The notes: generated from the letters alone by a model not told the origin. DNA of 31,651 bases from a virus (IMGVR_UViG_3300027863_000120:1-31651), one strand, 5' to 3'. Positions 16,501 to 25,653 are shown, counted from the stretch's first letter. Made by a program: numbers and translations.

Positions 16501-16606
16501 TAACCCGCGCACGGTGCAATCGGCAGTAATGAGTGCAATGAAGCAGAATTCTGGGCGGCGGCAGTCTGCCGCATTGCAAATGAGTCCGGGTTTGGTAATG
16601 GCATAG
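13556..16606 (+). CDS. tail tape measure protein
   Basis: 1016 aa, Ala-rich helical, AVELFGRGGARLIPLLNQG motif, long coiled coil, Gly-rich hydrophobic C-terminal segments. Confidence 0.93.
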   Translation: MADNKLELVVEVDASRANASIKGVNSSLSSLEATAVKSAGGASQGIDGMTMSMTKGVLAGQALYGALMSLARAARSMTLGAIEMQDSLGKTAQRVGMGVESLSALRYAAQLSDVDMSDLAVSIARFSKNIAGGSVQLDALGIKTRNADHSMRDTYAILSDVAAKFAQMPDGVQKTALAVELFGRGGARLIPLLNQGSSGLASMAKEARELGIVMSDEDAKKAEEFEDNLKTLRSAVLGLELALSKELVPAALEFTDAAIKWVRGGGLQELVAYLKQAAEYLKILAIVVVEYKLISILYSLETAIGKVALATRGLNAVLLANPWTVAAAGVVALGTVVWAQKEKLDAYQQSLSKAADKAALFAAVNKGATLADLRKQGYTDEAIRSAYGMPAPPTEKQKATPYDEEDVRKAQEAARKIAEAEKRSAEILDKARRGEQDGLAKILEQYRQYRQELGLSAKAQRDLASAETITLRQEAAKEMASYAQATAKELEEANEYWRKIREQQLKDSTDFADETSKIEMESAQSRLNYEQTVAEQIRDAQLRQLDAVGARTVEQQVALQQKRLEIEIDYLNRTLELKREELNREKDLEIAEMEAVARARGISEELIQQRRAAIDQKYSEQTAELEAGTQEAIQAAKENTAIKQAQIVEDYNQKVFDTFKREAEGVFDALLTKGQSVWSALANSLKTAVLTAIKEILSSEVAALLMRLFTGLRVPVGLSGAGGAAAILGAAAPAFGSTGGFNVPIPGVPEYPGGLGGITKIGGILSKGALSASSLAPLGLGASLFGLTSAFRLGQKGGVGTALGAGLGAFSGLLGFGSLTAMFPALLAAGPFGWIAAGAVGAITGLIGLFHKSAEQKAREKIKATYGVDIREKNILTEIVNMAKQGFGGNLDAAIRSQQVRDLVELYAMSTGQSTSGIPPKVTPVSLLQQGGLLYQQNASNGAFSLDRIGAGAPSGGTTVINISIPGAKEFFEQETVRVVVNNPRTVQSAVMSAMKQNSGRRQSAALQMSPGLVMA

Positions 16607-16608
16607 CG

Positions 16609-16959
16609 ATGCATCGCCGCTGGTTGTTCGCTTTAGCGCTATTCTGCACCCAGGTAACGCCGGGCAAGGGTGCGGACTGGCTAGCCGTTTCGCTAACGGC
16701 GCATGGAGCCGCATCGTTAGCGGACGGGATCTCGTCATGGGGGCGGTACGAAAGCAACCCACTTCTACGTTCTTCCGATGGACGGTTCGGATCGCGCGGG
16801 GCAACGATAAAATCGGGCCTATTCGGGTTTACGTTAGCCACATCGCTCGCCGTTCGCAAAAACCGGCGCTGGCGCAAATGGGCGATAGTCGCGAACGTCG
16901 CGGCAGCGGCCGCTTATACCGGCATAGCGGCTCGTAACGCAATCGTAACTCAGAGGTAA
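16609..16959 (+). CDS. small membrane protein (D..SSWG..ExNPLL motif, DUF5658-like)
   Basis: Signal-like N-terminus, several hydrophobic segments, ESNPLL motif. Confidence 0.55.
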   Translation: MHRRWLFALALFCTQVTPGKGADWLAVSLTAHGAASLADGISSWGRYESNPLLRSSDGRFGSRGATIKSGLFGFTLATSLAVRKNRRWRKWAIVANVAAAAAYTGIAARNAIVTQR

Positions 16960-16966
16960 GATAGAT

Positions 16967-17371
16967 ATGGAATCAATGGTGAAGTTCGCTAAGGCTACGG
17001 CAGCCGTAGTTATTTCTGCTTTCTGGGGCTTGCATGTCATGATACAGCTCTTAGTATATGCTGTTCTATTCGATATTCTGACGGGCCTTGTGGCTGCGTG
17101 GCAGGCTAAGAGCCTAAATTCGGCGGTAAGTAGGAGAGGAATCGGCAAAAAAGTAATGGTAATTATTTGTGTCTGTGGAGCTGAAATAGCTGGCAGACAC
17201 TTAGGGATACAGGTTCCATCACCCTGGGGAGGGACCCCACTTACTATAGGAGCGGCCGTTGCTACTTACTACTGCATTCATGAAGCGCTAAGCATTACAG
17301 AGAATATAGCGAAAGCCGGCGTTCCGCTGCCTAAATGGATTACAAGCAGTTTGGAAAAGTTAAAGGATTAA
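16967..17371 (+). CDS. holin (phage holin 4 / toxin-secretion-lysis family)
   Basis: FDILTGLVAA, LNSAVSRRGIGKK, EALSITENIAKAGVPLPKWI motifs; about 3 TM segments. Confidence 0.9.
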   Translation: MESMVKFAKATAAVVISAFWGLHVMIQLLVYAVLFDILTGLVAAWQAKSLNSAVSRRGIGKKVMVIICVCGAEIAGRHLGIQVPSPWGGTPLTIGAAVATYYCIHEALSITENIAKAGVPLPKWITSSLEKLKD

Positions 17372-17382
17372 GGGGTGAGATA

Positions 17383-17721
17383 ATGAAAACATTTTGGACT
17401 AAACTTACGGCATTCTTTGCCAAGTTGTTTACGCGTGATTTCTGGTCGCGCGTTCTTCAGGGCATTGAAACGGCGTCGCCATATCTCGAAGTCGCCTACG
17501 AATTCGTTTCGGTGGCTGCTCAGATGACGCCGAACCGAACGGATGACGAGCTTATCGCACTGGCTAACAAGCTCGGAGTGCCCGCCATTTTGCAATCACA
17601 GGATAAGGGCACTGCAATTCGAGACACAGTGGCCGCCGCACTTAAGACAAGGTTCCCATCGCTCTCGACCAGTCTGATTAATCGGGCTATTGAGCTGGCA
17701 TATGGAGCCTTGCGTTCATGA
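17383..17721 (+). CDS. hypothetical protein in lysis block
   Basis: Start at ATG 17383 after AGGGG; amphipathic N-terminus; TPNRTDD motif; coupled to next gene. Confidence 0.65.
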   Translation: MKTFWTKLTAFFAKLFTRDFWSRVLQGIETASPYLEVAYEFVSVAAQMTPNRTDDELIALANKLGVPAILQSQDKGTAIRDTVAAALKTRFPSLSTSLINRAIELAYGALRS

Positions 17722-18185
17722 CACGCGATGAATTGATAGACAAGATTGCACAGGCCATAGCAGAGCGTGAGGGCTTTTACGTCTCAAAAGCGGAGGCAGA
17801 AAAACGCGGAATTGCCTATCCTACCCGCGCACAGCGCAATGCCAATCCAGGGAACATACGGCGCTGGAAAGATGCACAAGGCAATCCCTACCCTACTTTT
17901 GCCGGATATGTGGACTTTGTCAGTTGGGCATCTGAGAAGTTTCGCGGTGCATCCGTGGAAGAGATCTCCCGTCGAGCCCTTGAGGAGGGATGGAGAATTC
18001 TAAAGGCCCTCGTTTGGCAGTACATCAACGGAAAATACACCCAAGGAAAAGCGCCTACCCTTCAGGAGATGTTTCGCGTTTATGCGCCGAGCTCTGACCG
18101 CAATGACCCGGATGCCTATGCTCGTTTCGTCGCGGAAAAGCTAGGATGTGATCCGCGGCAACGGCCGATGGACTTGCTTGGATGA
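17718..18185 (+). CDS. putative endolysin/peptidoglycan hydrolase (RNxNPGNI family)
   Basis: AIAEREG, RAQRNANPGNIR, YAPSSDRNDPDAYARFVAEKLG; close to holin. Confidence 0.6.
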   Translation: MTRDELIDKIAQAIAEREGFYVSKAEAEKRGIAYPTRAQRNANPGNIRRWKDAQGNPYPTFAGYVDFVSWASEKFRGASVEEISRRALEEGWRILKALVWQYINGKYTQGKAPTLQEMFRVYAPSSDRNDPDAYARFVAEKLGCDPRQRPMDLLG

Positions 18186-18188
18186 AAA

Positions 18189-18872
18189 ATGAGAAAAATT
18201 CTTGAGCTTGTTTCCGCCGTTGCGCTTCTATGTCTTTCATGGTGCGCAATTGAAGCCTCCCTATGCCTGCGTGCCTGGCGCGATTTGCCGACAGAGATTC
18301 TGTCCGTGGTCAATGCCCGACTTATTGATGCTACAAGCATAGCGGAAGAGCAAATGGCGCTAACGCGCAGAGATGCGATTAGAGAAATCATGATTACACG
18401 CGCCGGGCTCCTTAGGCGCGTGGACTCGGCCGCGGTAAAGCTTGACGAGCGGCTGAGCGAGATCCAGGGCGCGGTAGATGAAGTGGCCACAAATGCGGCA
18501 CAGACCGCTAAGACGTCTACCGCGCTTCTGGAGGATGCGCGTCCCGGCGTGCAGGCGTGGAGCAAGATCAGCCCAGCACTCGGGGCAAACGCGCTTGGGC
18601 TAGTAGCGGCTGCGAAGCTAACAGCCGGACAGACTGCTCAGACGATGCGAGAGATTCAACGCGCGACGCCCGATCTACTGGCATCCGTGCGCATATCAGC
18701 TACGGCAAGTCAACAGGCCGCACAAGCCGCAGCGCAGACATCGCAGAATCTGGCGACAATCACCAAGCCTGGACCGCGCTGGCTGCGATATTTCGGGCTT
18801 GGAGCCAGCCTAGCGGTACCGGCTGCACAGGTTGCGCTGCCATTCACAGTTAGCGCCGTTGCGAGCAAATAG
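18189..18872 (+). CDS. membrane-anchored coiled-coil protein, spanin candidate
   Basis: N-terminal hydrophobic helix, long Ala/Gln helical body, hydrophobic C-terminus; follows putative endolysin. Confidence 0.45.
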   Translation: MRKILELVSAVALLCLSWCAIEASLCLRAWRDLPTEILSVVNARLIDATSIAEEQMALTRRDAIREIMITRAGLLRRVDSAAVKLDERLSEIQGAVDEVATNAAQTAKTSTALLEDARPGVQAWSKISPALGANALGLVAAAKLTAGQTAQTMREIQRATPDLLASVRISATASQQAAQAAAQTSQNLATITKPGPRWLRYFGLGASLAVPAAQVALPFTVSAVASK

Positions 18873-18881
18873 GAGCTAAGG

Positions 18882-19670
18882 ATGCGACCCATTAAGCGGA
18901 TGTTACTTTTTAGCAAAAACCCCGCATTCACGCTGACCGCGACCACTAGCGCCTCGAATCAAACCGTGACCATTCAGCGACTCACCCTGTCGGTCGATAC
19001 ATATGTGGATTGGGGCGATGGCAGCCGGACGCCGCTGCCGGCCAACACTACCAGTTCGTTCAACCACACCTACGCCTCCGCCCGGGCATATCGGATCCGC
19101 ATCCCGCAGGCGAAGAAGATTACGGCGATTGATTTGCGCGACTCGAAGCTCGGTCAGCTACGAACGGCGCAGCTTCGGTCGAGTCCGATCACGTATTTCT
19201 ATGTTACGGCCGTGACGGATAGCACCATATCTTCCTCAGACATGGCCGCATGGAGACCGTCGAGCTGGGGTCTGGCCTCCATGCCCACGGGCAATTACAC
19301 CGTAAATAGCGCGGACATGGCCGCATGGACGTCGCTTCAGTACCTGTCCTGTTACTCCATGCCGACCGGTGCGGTAAGTATCAGCGCGGCGTCCGATTTC
19401 ACCGGACTGGTATCGTTGCGTAACCTGCAACTCCAAAGCAACGCTCTCTCACAAGCCTCGGTGGATAAGGTTCTCCAAGGTCTCTGGAACGGCAAGGCAA
19501 ACTTTACCGACCCTGCCCCATCGTGCAACGTGGGCGGATCGAACTCAGCCCCAAGCGGAATTTATCAACCAGCCAGCCCACCGACTACTGGCAAGGAATA
19601 CGCCTATGACCTGGTGAATGGAACCTGCAAACCCGATGGCCCAGAGTGGACCGTGACGTTCACAGCTTAA
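18882..19670 (+). CDS. PKD-like + leucine-rich-repeat-like protein
   Basis: VDWGDGS...HTYAS (PKD); 25-aa repeats SxDMAAW...SMPTG; LVSLRNLQLQSNAL (LRR). Confidence 0.7.
   Translation: MRPIKRMLLFSKNPAFTLTATTSASNQTVTIQRLTLSVDTYVDWGDGSRTPLPANTTSSFNHTYASARAYRIRIPQAKKITAIDLRDSKLGQLRTAQLRSSPITYFYVTAVTDSTISSSDMAAWRPSSWGLASMPTGNYTVNSADMAAWTSLQYLSCYSMPTGAVSISAASDFTGLVSLRNLQLQSNALSQASVDKVLQGLWNGKANFTDPAPSCNVGGSNSAPSGIYQPASPPTTGKEYAYDLVNGTCKPDGPEWTVTFTA
19239..19329 (+). repeat. 16-bp intragenic direct repeat GACATGGCCGCATGGA, 75-bp period
   Basis: Copies at 19239-19254 and 19314-19329. Confidence 0.85.
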
Positions 19671-19680
19671 AGGAGGTGGC

Positions 19681-19953
19681 ATGCACAAGTATATTGCGAG
19701 ACGCTTTGACAACACGTTACTGCTGGTTGATTTGACCGTCGGCTCTACTGACAGCACTGGAATCCCGCCGGACGGCTCAGTCCTAACTGATGAGCTGTGG
19801 GGTGTTATGGGTGAGCTATGCGGGGCTACGGGGCTGAAGCAGCCGGATTACGATAACAAAATCGTCTCCACAATCGCCGCGATTTTGGCGAAAAAAGGCG
19901 TGGTAGTGAAGGCCACGCTAAGCACAACAGAAGCAGCGACGGAAATGAATTAA
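19681..19953 (+). CDS. hypothetical protein
   Basis: Strong SD AAGGAGGT; fills operon. Confidence 0.7.
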   Translation: MHKYIARRFDNTLLLVDLTVGSTDSTGIPPDGSVLTDELWGVMGELCGATGLKQPDYDNKIVSTIAAILAKKGVVVKATLSTTEAATEMN

Positions 19954-19965
19954 GGAGAGGAACAA

Positions 19966-20316
19966 ATGCTTTACGACTTTACAATCTCGTCAGGGCAGGC
20001 AGTCAGCAGCGGGGAATACCTGGATCCGTCCGTTACCGGCCTCGCAGACGGCGCAGCTTGTGCGCTGCTGACTCCGGCAGCCTGGACAGCGGCTGATCTG
20101 CTCGTCGAATCATCGGTCGATGGAACAAACTGGTTCCCGGTTTATTCCGCGGACGGGACCTGCACAAGGATTGTGCTTGATGCCGGGAGAATCGTTACGC
20201 TCGACCCCGCTTCACTATGGGGCCTATCCTGGCTGCGCTTCCGCTCGGTGGCTGTCGGAGATACCTCGGACGTGAATCAAGCAGCAAACCGAACGCTGAG
20301 GCTAATCATTCGTTAA
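19966..20316 (+). CDS. hypothetical beta-rich virion-associated protein
   Basis: PAAWTAADL..ESSVDGTNWF motif; SD AAGGAG. Confidence 0.7.
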   Translation: MLYDFTISSGQAVSSGEYLDPSVTGLADGAACALLTPAAWTAADLLVESSVDGTNWFPVYSADGTCTRIVLDAGRIVTLDPASLWGLSWLRFRSVAVGDTSDVNQAANRTLRLIIR

Positions 20317-20338
20317 TAGTCGAATTGACCGCCAAACA

Positions 20339-20704
20339 ATGCCTGGATCGGTTCAAAACGCAGCGCCTGTTGCGGTACTTCCCGTAACTCTTTCTCGGGC
20401 TTTTGTGCACGAGCGGGAGTACGCAGTACTAGACAATGAGTATCGCAACGGGGAATCACAGCGCTCTATGCTTGCAAGCACTAGCCGCAAGCGCTGGAAG
20501 CTGGCTAAACGGCTAACTCCGTCACAGATTGCCGAGCTTCGCAGCTTCTATGAAGCCCGCAAGGGGGCTACAGAAGCATTCTTCTTCTACGATCCATATG
20601 ATACTGCGCATGGGCGTTACGCCGTGCGCTTTGATTCATCCTGGGAGCAGACCGCTAGCCCAGGGCGCATTGACACGGAGATCGCACTGATAGAGGTGAC
20701 TTAG
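20339..20704 (+). CDS. distal/minor tail protein (gpM/DUF2460-like)
   Basis: NGESQR, LRSFYEARKGATEAFFFYDP, VRFD motifs. Confidence 0.78.
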   Translation: MPGSVQNAAPVAVLPVTLSRAFVHEREYAVLDNEYRNGESQRSMLASTSRKRWKLAKRLTPSQIAELRSFYEARKGATEAFFFYDPYDTAHGRYAVRFDSSWEQTASPGRIDTEIALIEVT

Positions 20705-20705
20705 G

Positions 20706-23700
20706 GTGTCAGACTATATTGGCAATATTGCAGTACCGGAGATTACGCCGAGCGGAACTTTTCCAATCGTGCCTGACTATGGCTACGGACAGGCCCTTGC
20801 TCCCGACGTCGTAGTCCATCAGTTCGGCTCCGGAAATGCAAAGATAGAACAGCGCTATCTTCTTGGCACTGGGGCTAGGCGCTTCCTGGTGAGACGCGCG
20901 TTTCTGAAGGAATCAGACAGAAATGCATTGCGTGACTTCTGGGAACAGCATTACGGCCCCTACGGCGCGTTCTACTATAACGCACCCAATGACGATGGCA
21001 ACGGCACTACTCAATGTATTTGCCGCTTTGCCAACGAACCATTATCCTGGGAGATGGTCGCCGATTGGGCCTGTTCAATCGGTGTAACGCTAATAGAGGT
21101 CCCCTCCAGCACTCCCACCTACTCGGTGACTTCTACAGTAACTAGGTTCCCATCAGTATCTCTCCAGCAGGCCCTTCTTGCCCAAGTACAAGAAATTATA
21201 CCGCTGGTAAAGATTCAGCCTCTCCAATCCGGCTATCCGGCGATCTTCGTATCAGACCGGCGATGCATAGTGGGCGGTCAACTCTATCAAGCACGCTTGC
21301 TTGAATTTGACGGCATTTCGCAATCCATCGGCAGCGAATCTGATGAGGCGCAATTCACGTTCGGCAATGCTGACCGAGTCATGCGCGATCTCGTTAATGA
21401 CGTAGACCTATATCGCGCATCGATCGAATTCTCGCTCTTTCACGTTGGCACTGGCATTAAGCTTGACCTATGGAAGGGCAATATCGTTGATTGGCAGCTT
21501 GACTCTGGTCCTGAATTTAAAGTCACAGCTGCCGACGGGCTCTACGAACTAAATCTGCCATATCCAGTTCGAAAAATCTCACGCAGTTGCTGGAAGCAAT
21601 TCAAGGGCCCAGCCTGCCCATACGTCGGTCCTGATACGTCTTGCGATAAGGGCTTCGATACTCCCAATGGCTGCCGCCAGCATGGCATGGATAACTATTT
21701 TGGGGGGATAGTCGCTGACCCGCAAGCCGTGCGCATCAAGGACAATTCCACGGGCGTATGGGGCTGGGGACGCTCGACGATTACCAGCGTTTCGCTGATA
21801 GCCGACTCGATCTACGATCAGGTACTGCCGGAAATATACACCGACTCATCGATGCCGGTGAACTGCAAGATAGCGGCAGGGCGCGAGGAAGGTGACTTCT
21901 ACGATGCTTTGGGAATCGTCGGTGCCGGTCCGATCGGAGCCTATGGAACTGGGCATCTGCTTGACAACCAACCAAATCACGGCCCCGGCAGTATGGGTCT
22001 ACGCACCAGCCTAGGCAATGACCCCAATCCGGATTCGTTCTCTCTGGGGCAGGGGACGCCTCAAGTTTGGGGACCGGAGCGCGCTGCTGGAACAGCCTTC
22101 ATTGAAATTCGCCGCACTGATCAGAAGGGCTTCCAGCCTACGCCACTCTCTGAGCACCAGATGCAGGCAGTAGTGACCGCTGGAATGAGCGGCTGGGTAT
22201 GGACGGCGCCAGGCACGCGTTCACGGCAGCTTTTGACCAATCCTATTTGGATTGCGGTTAATATGCTGCTACGTGCGCGTGGCCTCCAATTTGCTGATGC
22301 TGCTACATGCGAGCAGTTCTTCGATGTGGATGCGGCTATTGCTGCTGCTCAGATATGCGATCAGCAAGTTTCAAAGCTAGTTGGTTCGGGCTACGAGACA
22401 CAGTTTAAGTTCCGGGGCATACTTCAGGAAGAAAAGCCTCTTCGCGACTGGCTCCAGGAAGTGCTCATGAACTGCCTGGGCTACTACACGTTTGCATTCG
22501 GAAAGCTGAAATTGGGCGTGCGCATAAACTCTTCATCCCTAGAGGCCTTTACCGAGGGAAATATATTGTTCCAGAGCCTTCAGCTTTCTCCGCTCAAGCC
22601 CAGCTTTAATCACTTGACCGCCAACTTCGCCGATGAGGAGTTCAATTTCGTCGCCAATTCTATCTCGCTGTATGATATAGACCACGCGACATTTCTTGGT
22701 GGCGGAGCCGGCCCGCTGTTCTTAAAATCCACGGTCAATCTCTCAGGTACTGCTTCGAAGTCCCAGGCGGCGCGGATAGTCACAACCCGGCTGCGCGAGG
22801 AGCTGGGCGGAACTACACTGGCAGAGTGGAAGGCCGCACGGCAAATCTCATTCAAGACTACCGTGCTTGCCCTCAACACCGAGCCGGGCATGGTCTGCTC
22901 AATGACACATCCTTCCATGCCAAGCGGCAGTGGAGAGTTCCGTGTTACATCCTGGCGGCTGAACAAGGATTACTCGATCGATATCCAGGGACGCACCACC
23001 ACTGACTCGATGTATGACGTGGATGCTGGTCCAAAGCCCGCCGATGTGCCTGCGGAGCCGGTCAGTAATGAGGCGTACTTCCGATCGGCCCCTGATGTGC
23101 TCATATTCAAAGCTGGCAAATCGAACGGAGATGGCACGTTCGAATCGACCATGTATTGGGATAGCCAGCGGCAGATGATGCTCATCGACTGGGGCTGTGT
23201 TATGCCACTCGACACCTCGAACTGGGGCGGCGTACAGATATGGCTTAAGACTCCGGACGGTTCCGGTGGATACAAATATAGCCAGGCCACAGGAACTATC
23301 ACGCCCACGTTATTCGAACAGTTTGACAACGTAAAGGCCTATTACGACACTATTGCCATTGGGCTCGAAAGCGTCCCTGATCCGCCTCAGACTTGGTCGA
23401 TAATTGCAGTGAGCCTGAGCCGCTTCGGCGTGCCAAACACTGACTCCAATGGGAACCCCACCGGAGTATCTGTTGACTTACCCACCCTCTCGAAATCCGA
23501 TTATGTATCTGGATTTTCGGCCTCTGTGCTGATCGAGGTAAGTGAAAGCGGCGATCAATTGTTCCGCATCGCAGGCTCCTGGACTAATGCGCCAATCCCG
23601 CGTTACAAGGCCGTAAAAATAATCATGCGCGGGATGACGGACGATGATGTCGTGCTTGCCATCGAGGGAGAAGGTTCTCATAGTTTCAGAACTGACGCCT

Positions 23701-25349
23701 GGCCATTACCTGAAACAACAAAGGTCGTTCAGATCTATGCGACTCCCGTCTTTGGCGACGGAACAACGGCGCCCATTATTCCCGGAACAACTCCGATGGT
23801 CCAGCTTACCATCTCTCGCCTCGGCGGCACGACAGGCAAAGAGTACTGCGAGCTTGTCACTGGATTCAGCGCTTCTGTCGCGACTCCAGCGTATTCAACA
23901 AATGCGGATGGGCAGAAGGTTCTGAGAATCAATTTTTCCTGGACCAATCCGTCCGACGTTCGATTTGGTGGTGTGGCCATATTTGCCAATTGGTATGACG
24001 GAACCACCATTCAAGTCACCGGCTTTGAACGTGGTACGTCTCTCAAATGGCAAACATCCTCTTTTCCGACGACATCATCTAATGTAACATTCTATGCGCT
24101 AAGCGTCGATACCAACAATAGGCGGAATACATACCAGAGCGGAATAACTCCTTCCTATACGCTTACGCTGCCATCTCCGAGTCTAGGTTCTGCTGGATCT
24201 GAATATACGTCGAATGTATCTGGCTTTTCTGTAAGCGTTTCCTATCCTACAACGGCCGATGGAAGTTATGTTGCGCTTGTAACTGCTACATTTATACCTC
24301 CATCCGATCCGACCTGGGGCGGCGTGCAAATCCGTGCAACCGAGGATGGCGGCATGACGTTTCCGACCCGGGTCGACGCAAAGCAGTCACCAGTCACGTT
24401 TGAGCTAACACCAAAACAGTTCGCTCAAACGTTCAGTATATATGCTGTTAGCTATGATGTGAATGGCAGGTCCAATAGCATCTCAACCTACGTAACTCCG
24501 CGCCAGGACATTATCGTCGGAACGAGTGCCGGACAGCTGGATTTTAGTAAAGCTAAGGCCACTACTTATGACCCTAATATCTTCACCATCTCGAGCGGTC
24601 AATTCCGCGTGTGGGCAATGGATGGCTCGTTGATTGTAACCGGCACAATCAGTTCCGCAAAATTAAATGCAACAGAGATCTCTGTCGGTGGCGGTGGCAG
24701 CAAGCCAGGCAAGTTCGGTATATACAATGCCTCGGGCCAACAGATTGGATTCATCGGCGTAGAGAGTAGTTACGAGGGCGGCTGGTTTAAGACGCTGCGC
24801 GTCGGTGGCACGGACAAGTCCAATGCGCCATTGGTGGCTGATTCTAGCGGAAACCTATCAATCAACGGGGCTCAGATAACCGTATCCGGCACTTATGGAA
24901 GTCGCACATATTCTGCCGAAATGAAAACAACAAGTGGCTATGCGGCCGTTCGGTCTTATTCGACTGCGACCGGCGGAGGCGAAAGCTGGCTTGAGGATGG
25001 AGAGGTAGCAGTAGTTAGCAACGTTGAGAACAATCGTTACCCGGAAGCTAGGATGTACCGGACCTCCAGCTATGCGGGTTATGAGGCATGGGGCGATGCC
25101 ACGATGAGCTCACGCTTTATAGTTTACGTTTATGCCTCAAGCGTTACGGGCCAGTTGGGGCTACTATCGCTAGACAGGCGAATCGTTTTTAGCCTCGATA
25201 ACGGCTCCGATCCTTATATTGATTTTCGATGTATGAGCATCAAGGCCGACGGATATGCCGGTCAAACCGTAACTATTTCTTACTTGAAGCCGGATAACAG
25301 CACCGGAACGTTAGGTTTCCGCCGCGGCCTACTGACGAGTTACTCATAA
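20706..25349 (+). CDS. fused tail-tip/host-specificity protein (gpM-like + gpL-like + gpJ-like + Ig/FN3-like repeats)
   Basis: N-terminal GPYGAFYY..CRF; CWKQFKGPACPY..CDK..C Cys cluster; TNPIWIAVNMLL and AAQICDQ tail-tip motifs; four repeated beta domains. Confidence 0.85.
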   Translation: MSDYIGNIAVPEITPSGTFPIVPDYGYGQALAPDVVVHQFGSGNAKIEQRYLLGTGARRFLVRRAFLKESDRNALRDFWEQHYGPYGAFYYNAPNDDGNGTTQCICRFANEPLSWEMVADWACSIGVTLIEVPSSTPTYSVTSTVTRFPSVSLQQALLAQVQEIIPLVKIQPLQSGYPAIFVSDRRCIVGGQLYQARLLEFDGISQSIGSESDEAQFTFGNADRVMRDLVNDVDLYRASIEFSLFHVGTGIKLDLWKGNIVDWQLDSGPEFKVTAADGLYELNLPYPVRKISRSCWKQFKGPACPYVGPDTSCDKGFDTPNGCRQHGMDNYFGGIVADPQAVRIKDNSTGVWGWGRSTITSVSLIADSIYDQVLPEIYTDSSMPVNCKIAAGREEGDFYDALGIVGAGPIGAYGTGHLLDNQPNHGPGSMGLRTSLGNDPNPDSFSLGQGTPQVWGPERAAGTAFIEIRRTDQKGFQPTPLSEHQMQAVVTAGMSGWVWTAPGTRSRQLLTNPIWIAVNMLLRARGLQFADAATCEQFFDVDAAIAAAQICDQQVSKLVGSGYETQFKFRGILQEEKPLRDWLQEVLMNCLGYYTFAFGKLKLGVRINSSSLEAFTEGNILFQSLQLSPLKPSFNHLTANFADEEFNFVANSISLYDIDHATFLGGGAGPLFLKSTVNLSGTASKSQAARIVTTRLREELGGTTLAEWKAARQISFKTTVLALNTEPGMVCSMTHPSMPSGSGEFRVTSWRLNKDYSIDIQGRTTTDSMYDVDAGPKPADVPAEPVSNEAYFRSAPDVLIFKAGKSNGDGTFESTMYWDSQRQMMLIDWGCVMPLDTSNWGGVQIWLKTPDGSGGYKYSQATGTITPTLFEQFDNVKAYYDTIAIGLESVPDPPQTWSIIAVSLSRFGVPNTDSNGNPTGVSVDLPTLSKSDYVSGFSASVLIEVSESGDQLFRIAGSWTNAPIPRYKAVKIIMRGMTDDDVVLAIEGEGSHSFRTDAWPLPETTKVVQIYATPVFGDGTTAPIIPGTTPMVQLTISRLGGTTGKEYCELVTGFSASVATPAYSTNADGQKVLRINFSWTNPSDVRFGGVAIFANWYDGTTIQVTGFERGTSLKWQTSSFPTTSSNVTFYALSVDTNNRRNTYQSGITPSYTLTLPSPSLGSAGSEYTSNVSGFSVSVSYPTTADGSYVALVTATFIPPSDPTWGGVQIRATEDGGMTFPTRVDAKQSPVTFELTPKQFAQTFSIYAVSYDVNGRSNSISTYVTPRQDIIVGTSAGQLDFSKAKATTYDPNIFTISSGQFRVWAMDGSLIVTGTISSAKLNATEISVGGGGSKPGKFGIYNASGQQIGFIGVESSYEGGWFKTLRVGGTDKSNAPLVADSSGNLSINGAQITVSGTYGSRTYSAEMKTTSGYAAVRSYSTATGGGESWLEDGEVAVVSNVENNRYPEARMYRTSSYAGYEAWGDATMSSRFIVYVYASSVTGQLGLLSLDRRIVFSLDNGSDPYIDFRCMSIKADGYAGQTVTISYLKPDNSTGTLGFRRGLLTSYS

Positions 25350-25362
25350 TGAAAGGAGCACG

Positions 25363-25653
25363 ATGCAAGTAACTATAGAAATCGACGATGTAATTGCTAA
25401 CAGGTTGTGGAACGTGACGAAAAAAATGACAAAGCCGCCGAAGGTACAAGACGACGGCAGTACGCTGATTGAGCCGATGTTCCCTAGCCTGGCTGATTTC
25501 ATCGCTGAGATTCTGAGCATGAATTTTCAGCAGCATTTGATGGCCGAGCCGGATGAGGTAGTCACAGCAAAGCGCAAGCAAATAGAAGCTATCGAAGCTG
25601 AGATCCGTGGACGCTTTAGGCCCAATGTAAAGATAGGAACGTCTAATGCCTGA
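25363..25653 (+). CDS. hypothetical protein (possible tail fibre chaperone)
   Basis: SD AAAGGAG; follows tail tip gene. Confidence 0.65.
   Translation: MQVTIEIDDVIANRLWNVTKKMTKPPKVQDDGSTLIEPMFPSLADFIAEILSMNFQQHLMAEPDEVVTAKRKQIEAIEAEIRGRFRPNVKIGTSNA

Noticed and set aside
18557-18853. Nested ORF as an o-spanin (Rz1-like)
   Set aside because: No hydrophobic signal peptide before its Cys, so not a lipoprotein
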